A DNA stretch of 64,000 bases from the human T2T-CHM13v2.0 reference genome, Homo sapiens, in the NCBI RefSeq assembly GCF_009914755.1, contig NC_060932.1. One strand, given 5' to 3'. The notes beneath the pieces were generated by a model, which had not been told where the DNA came from, did not search any database, and was given only the letters and a program-made list of their open reading frames with translations. Positions within the stretch are counted from its first letter, which is position 1; every line of letters starts with the position of its first letter. A program made the translations under genes and the position numbers. Positions 60,291 to 64,000 of this stretch are shown one piece after another.

Positions 60291-62317
60291 TCATATTCAA
60301 AACATTCAATTTTATTAATCTTGAATTCAACCCATTATATTTATATATACACATTTTTTCTATAACTGCATTTCTGTGCCTACTCTAAAATCCATTTTAA
60401 AAGATCTGAATAATTCAAACATTTCTGTAAATTACACTTCCCTAAAATCTATACTTATAAAATTTTTTGCAGAAAAATATAGCCCAATTATTTTTTCTTT
60501 TTCTTGAATACTTATGTCATATACTGTTTCTTACAATGTGCTGATACTTTCATGCATTTTAAGATTAATATTAATAAGGCAGTCTCAAATGTACTTTGCC
60601 CCTCTACACCCTTAATTGTTGATTTGTCTTCACTTGAATAGTCACAGAGGGTTTTTGTTCATTAGCTTTAATGTTCATTACTGGCCACTGAAACAAAATA
60701 GATTTTACTTTATTTAAATAAATTAGGATTTTGTATTTTGAGATTTTTCTGTATTCATTTTATGATGCTCAAATACTTTTTCTTATTATGTAAGGAGTAT
60801 TGTATATTCTGGTTTTTGCCATTTCTCATTACTTAAGGAAAGGATTTTCATTGCTAACATAGAGAAAATGTTTATAGATGTGATAGAAATAATGATCATA
60901 AGGTTACCTTGTAAGAACATAAATTCCACCCAGAGATCCATAAACACCTCATTAATATTACTAATACAATTACGTACAGTTTTCACACCCAGAAAACCAT
61001 CTAGATTAAAATGCAATCATCTTAATATAGCAATATTATCGATTTGCATTAACTGCATTAAAGTTGCATAAATACATGAAACCACATCTTTAACTCATTT
61101 CTTGTGTAAAAGGTTTAGAAGTATCCCAAGCTTGAAGGAAAATAATAAATACTGAAGAATTATTCCTTAAATATTTTTCTACTTCATATCACCCTTATTT
61201 TTAAAGGGCTTTAATTTTTTATTTAATTATCTAAATATCTTGAATTATCAAAAGCACATCTTTTTCCCATTTTTGTTTTTCTATATACTATGTATTTAAA
61301 AGAGCTATTTCATGGTCACTGTTACCAAACACGCTAATCAGCCATGTTCTTTTGTAGCACTATTTTCCTAGCATTATTTTCTTCCTGGATAGCTCACTAG
61401 GGAAGATACTTTGTATCAGATGGATGTGTTTATGCTTGATTCCCAGCAGGACTTTTGGAGAGTACATATTAGTTTCTATTTCAAGAAGGGAACTGATTTA
61501 ATAGGCAGTGTCATGTTTAAAATTTAAAATTCTGTTTAATTATTAAGATCTGGTTGACACTGTCTGACTGACTTTCACTTTGGGCCCTGTACTATCACAG
61601 TGACATATCGTTCTGCTTTCAAGAGAATTCTGCTTCATGGAAAGAACTACCACTACTAGTCTCTGTAAAAACAGAAAAAGGAACTACCTCTGAGTAAAAA
61701 ATAAAATAAAATAAAATGTTTATAGATGTAATAAAATTAATAATCTTGGGGGAAGAGGAAAATTAGAAAATGGTACCCTCTGAACTCATGGCCTAGTGGG
61801 TAAGTATAAGTTGAACCTGAGCTCTACTCATCTCATCCTGTACAACAGCACATGAACTTTCAAATCATATTTCTTTGTTGCAAATGCCTTTATCAAAACC
61901 AGATAAGTGATCAATTTTGTTGTTGTAAAACATATAATGTTGATTCAAAGTACTCTTAAAAAAAAAGTTTCATTGCAGGCCATCTTCCATATGATGAGAT
62001 TGTATTTTCCAATGTTGTTTTGTAAGGTCACATTTTCCCACATAAACAATGTTGTGCACCACCATCAGAATTATGCTCAATTTTAGGTCCAGTGTTACTC
62101 ATTGTATCAGACTGGGCCAGTTACACCTGTGATCTTGTGTCTCCTGCAAGAGTGGAATAATATGAACCATACGTGGTTACTGTGAAGGTTAACTGAACAG
62201 AGTTGGTAAACTACCCAGAACCAGTGTTTGATGTGTAAGGCAGAGACAACCAGGTTCTAACATCAGGAGGCTCACCTGTGGAAATGGGTTCTTGGAAGTC
62301 CTTTTCTCTCATACTCT

Positions 62318-63690
62318 TGAGAGGTGACAGCGTGCTGGCAGTCCTCACAGCCCTGGCTCGCTCTCGGCGCCTCCTCTGCCTGGGCTCCCACTTTGGCGGC
62401 ACTTGAGGAGAACTTCAGCCCGCCGCTGCTGAGCCCCTTTCTGGGCTGGCCAAGGCCAGAGCCGGCTCCCTCAGCTTGCTGGGAGGTGTGGAGGAGAGGC
62501 GTGGGCGGGAACCCGGGCTGCGCGCGGTGCTTGCGGGCCAGCACGAGTTCCGGGTGGGCGTGGGCTCGGCGGGCCCCGCACTCGGAGTGGCTGGCCGGCG
62601 GACCGGCCGGCCCGCCGGCCCCGGGCAGTGAGAGGCTTAGCACCTGGGCCAGCAGCTGCTGTGCTCAATTTTTCGCGGGGCCTTAGCTGCCTTCCCGCGG
62701 GGCAGGGCTCGGGACCTGCAGCCGGCCATGCCTGAGCCTCCTCCTGCCTCCGTGGGCTCCTGTGCGGCCCGAGCCTCCCCAACGAGCGCCACCCCCTGCT
62801 CCACCGTGCCCAGTCCCATCGACCACCCAAGGGCTAAGGAGTGCGGGCGCACGGCACGGGACTGGCAGGCAGCTCCACCGCGGCCCTGATGCGGGATCCA
62901 CTGGGTGAAGCCAGCTGGGCTCCTGAGTCTGGTGGGGACTTGGAGTTAGGGGATTGTAAATACACCAATCGGCACTCTGTATCTAGCTCAAGGTTTGTAA
63001 ACACACCAATCAGCACCCTGTGTCTAACTCAAGGTTTGTGAATGCACCAATCCACACTCTGTATCTAGCTGCTCTGGTGGGGACTTGGAGAACCTTTGTG
63101 TGGACACTCTGTATCCAGCTAATCTAGTGGGGAGGTGGGAACCTTTGTGTCTAGCTCAGGGATTGTAAACGCACCAATCAGCACCCTGTCAAAACAGACC
63201 ACTCGGGCTCTCTGTAAAATGGACCAATCAGCAGGATGTGGGTGGTGCCAGATAAGAGAATAAAAGCAGGCTGCCCCAGCAGCAGTGGCAACCCGCTGGT
63301 TGCCTTCCAAAAGGTGGAAGCAGTGGTCTTTCGCAATAAATCTTCCTGCTGCTCACTCTTTGGGTCCACACTGCCTTTATGAGGTGTAACACTCGCCACG
63401 AAGGTCTGCAGCTTCACTCCTGAAGCCAGCGAGACCACGAACCCACCGGGAGGAACGAACAACTCCAGACGTGCCGCCTTGAGAGCTGTAACACTCACCT
63501 CGAAGGTCCACAGCTTCACTCCTGAGCCAGCGAGACCACAAACCCACCAGAAGGAAGAAACTCCGTACACATCTGAACATCAGAAGGAACAAACTCCGGA
63601 CACGCTGCCTTTGAGAACTGTAACACTCACCGCGAGGGTCCGCGGCTTCATTCTTGAAGTCAGACCAAGAACCCACCAATTCCGGACACA
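62318..63690 (+). mobile_element. ERV9 solo LTR12C (1373 bp)
   Basis: TGAGAGGTGACAGCGTGCTGGCAG start, CpG-rich U3, CCAAT repeats, U5 repeats GTAACACTCACC..GAAGGTC, ends TCCGGACACA; perfect TSD CTCT. Confidence 0.96.
62950..63290 (+). promoter_or_regulatory. LTR12C NF-Y/GATA enhancer-promoter
   Basis: CCAAT at 62965, 63006, 63047, 63174, 63224; GATAAG 63251; AATAAAA TATA-like box 63259. Confidence 0.75.
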
Positions 63691-63962
63691 CTCTAACAAT
63701 AATAAAATTTGTTATTGTCACGGTAATCCTCACAATGACTTAGCACCATTCATTTTAATATATGTTTTACTACATATCTTCTGGAGCTAGACTTTCAACA
63801 AATGTCTTTACTATTAACAAGAAGGACAACTTAAGTACATGTAAATTTTTTTAAAAGAGCTTTTTTTGTATTTAAAAAAAAATCCCTTTCTAACTTTCTT
63901 TATGCCATTTTCCCAACTCGTAAGTATTCAGATCCCTGGTGCTACTTCAAGCCTCTCACTAA

Positions 63963-64000
63963 ATTTTTTTTTTTTTTTCAGATGGAGTCTTGCTCCGTTG
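63963..64000 (-). mobile_element. Alu 3' end (continues beyond window)
   Basis: Poly-T then AGATGGAGTCTTGCTC. Confidence 0.85.

Noticed and set aside
62950-63650. Spaced repeats that superficially resemble an array
   Set aside because: Normal ERV9 U3 and U5 tandem sub-repeats; not CRISPR, and the DNA is eukaryotic.
62211-63790. Many overlapping 60-130 aa ORFs and a CpG-island-like tract
   Set aside because: Explained by GC-rich LTR12C; not a host-gene CpG island or CDS.

Overview
This is AT-rich, repeat-dense primate genomic DNA (catarrhine, most likely human or great ape, given AluY, LTR12C and MER11). I find no credible protein-coding gene, RNA gene or CRISPR array. The longer supplied ORFs are mostly Alu, L1 or LTR translations, and the rest are unrecognised short ORFs in AT-rich sequence. 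The window holds about 16 Alus, several old L1/L2/MIR fragments, small DNA-transposon relics (MADE1, MER5, MER45A, MER63, MER102) and about 15 LTR elements on both strands, which fits an intergenic location. Highlights: (i) a 5-kb nested retroviral stack at 27244-32293, where a MaLR internal region has two LTRs from different families (LTR41-like 5', MLT1G/H-like 3') and three younger ERV1 solo LTRs inserted in the 3' LTR; (ii) a complete THE1A provirus inside a THE1D LTR; (iii) an intact CpG-rich LTR12C promoter; (iv) a candidate non-coding exon and several templated micro-rearrangements. Repeat family names come from recalled consensus sequences and need RepeatMasker/Dfam confirmation. I see no evidence for a novel multi-gene system.
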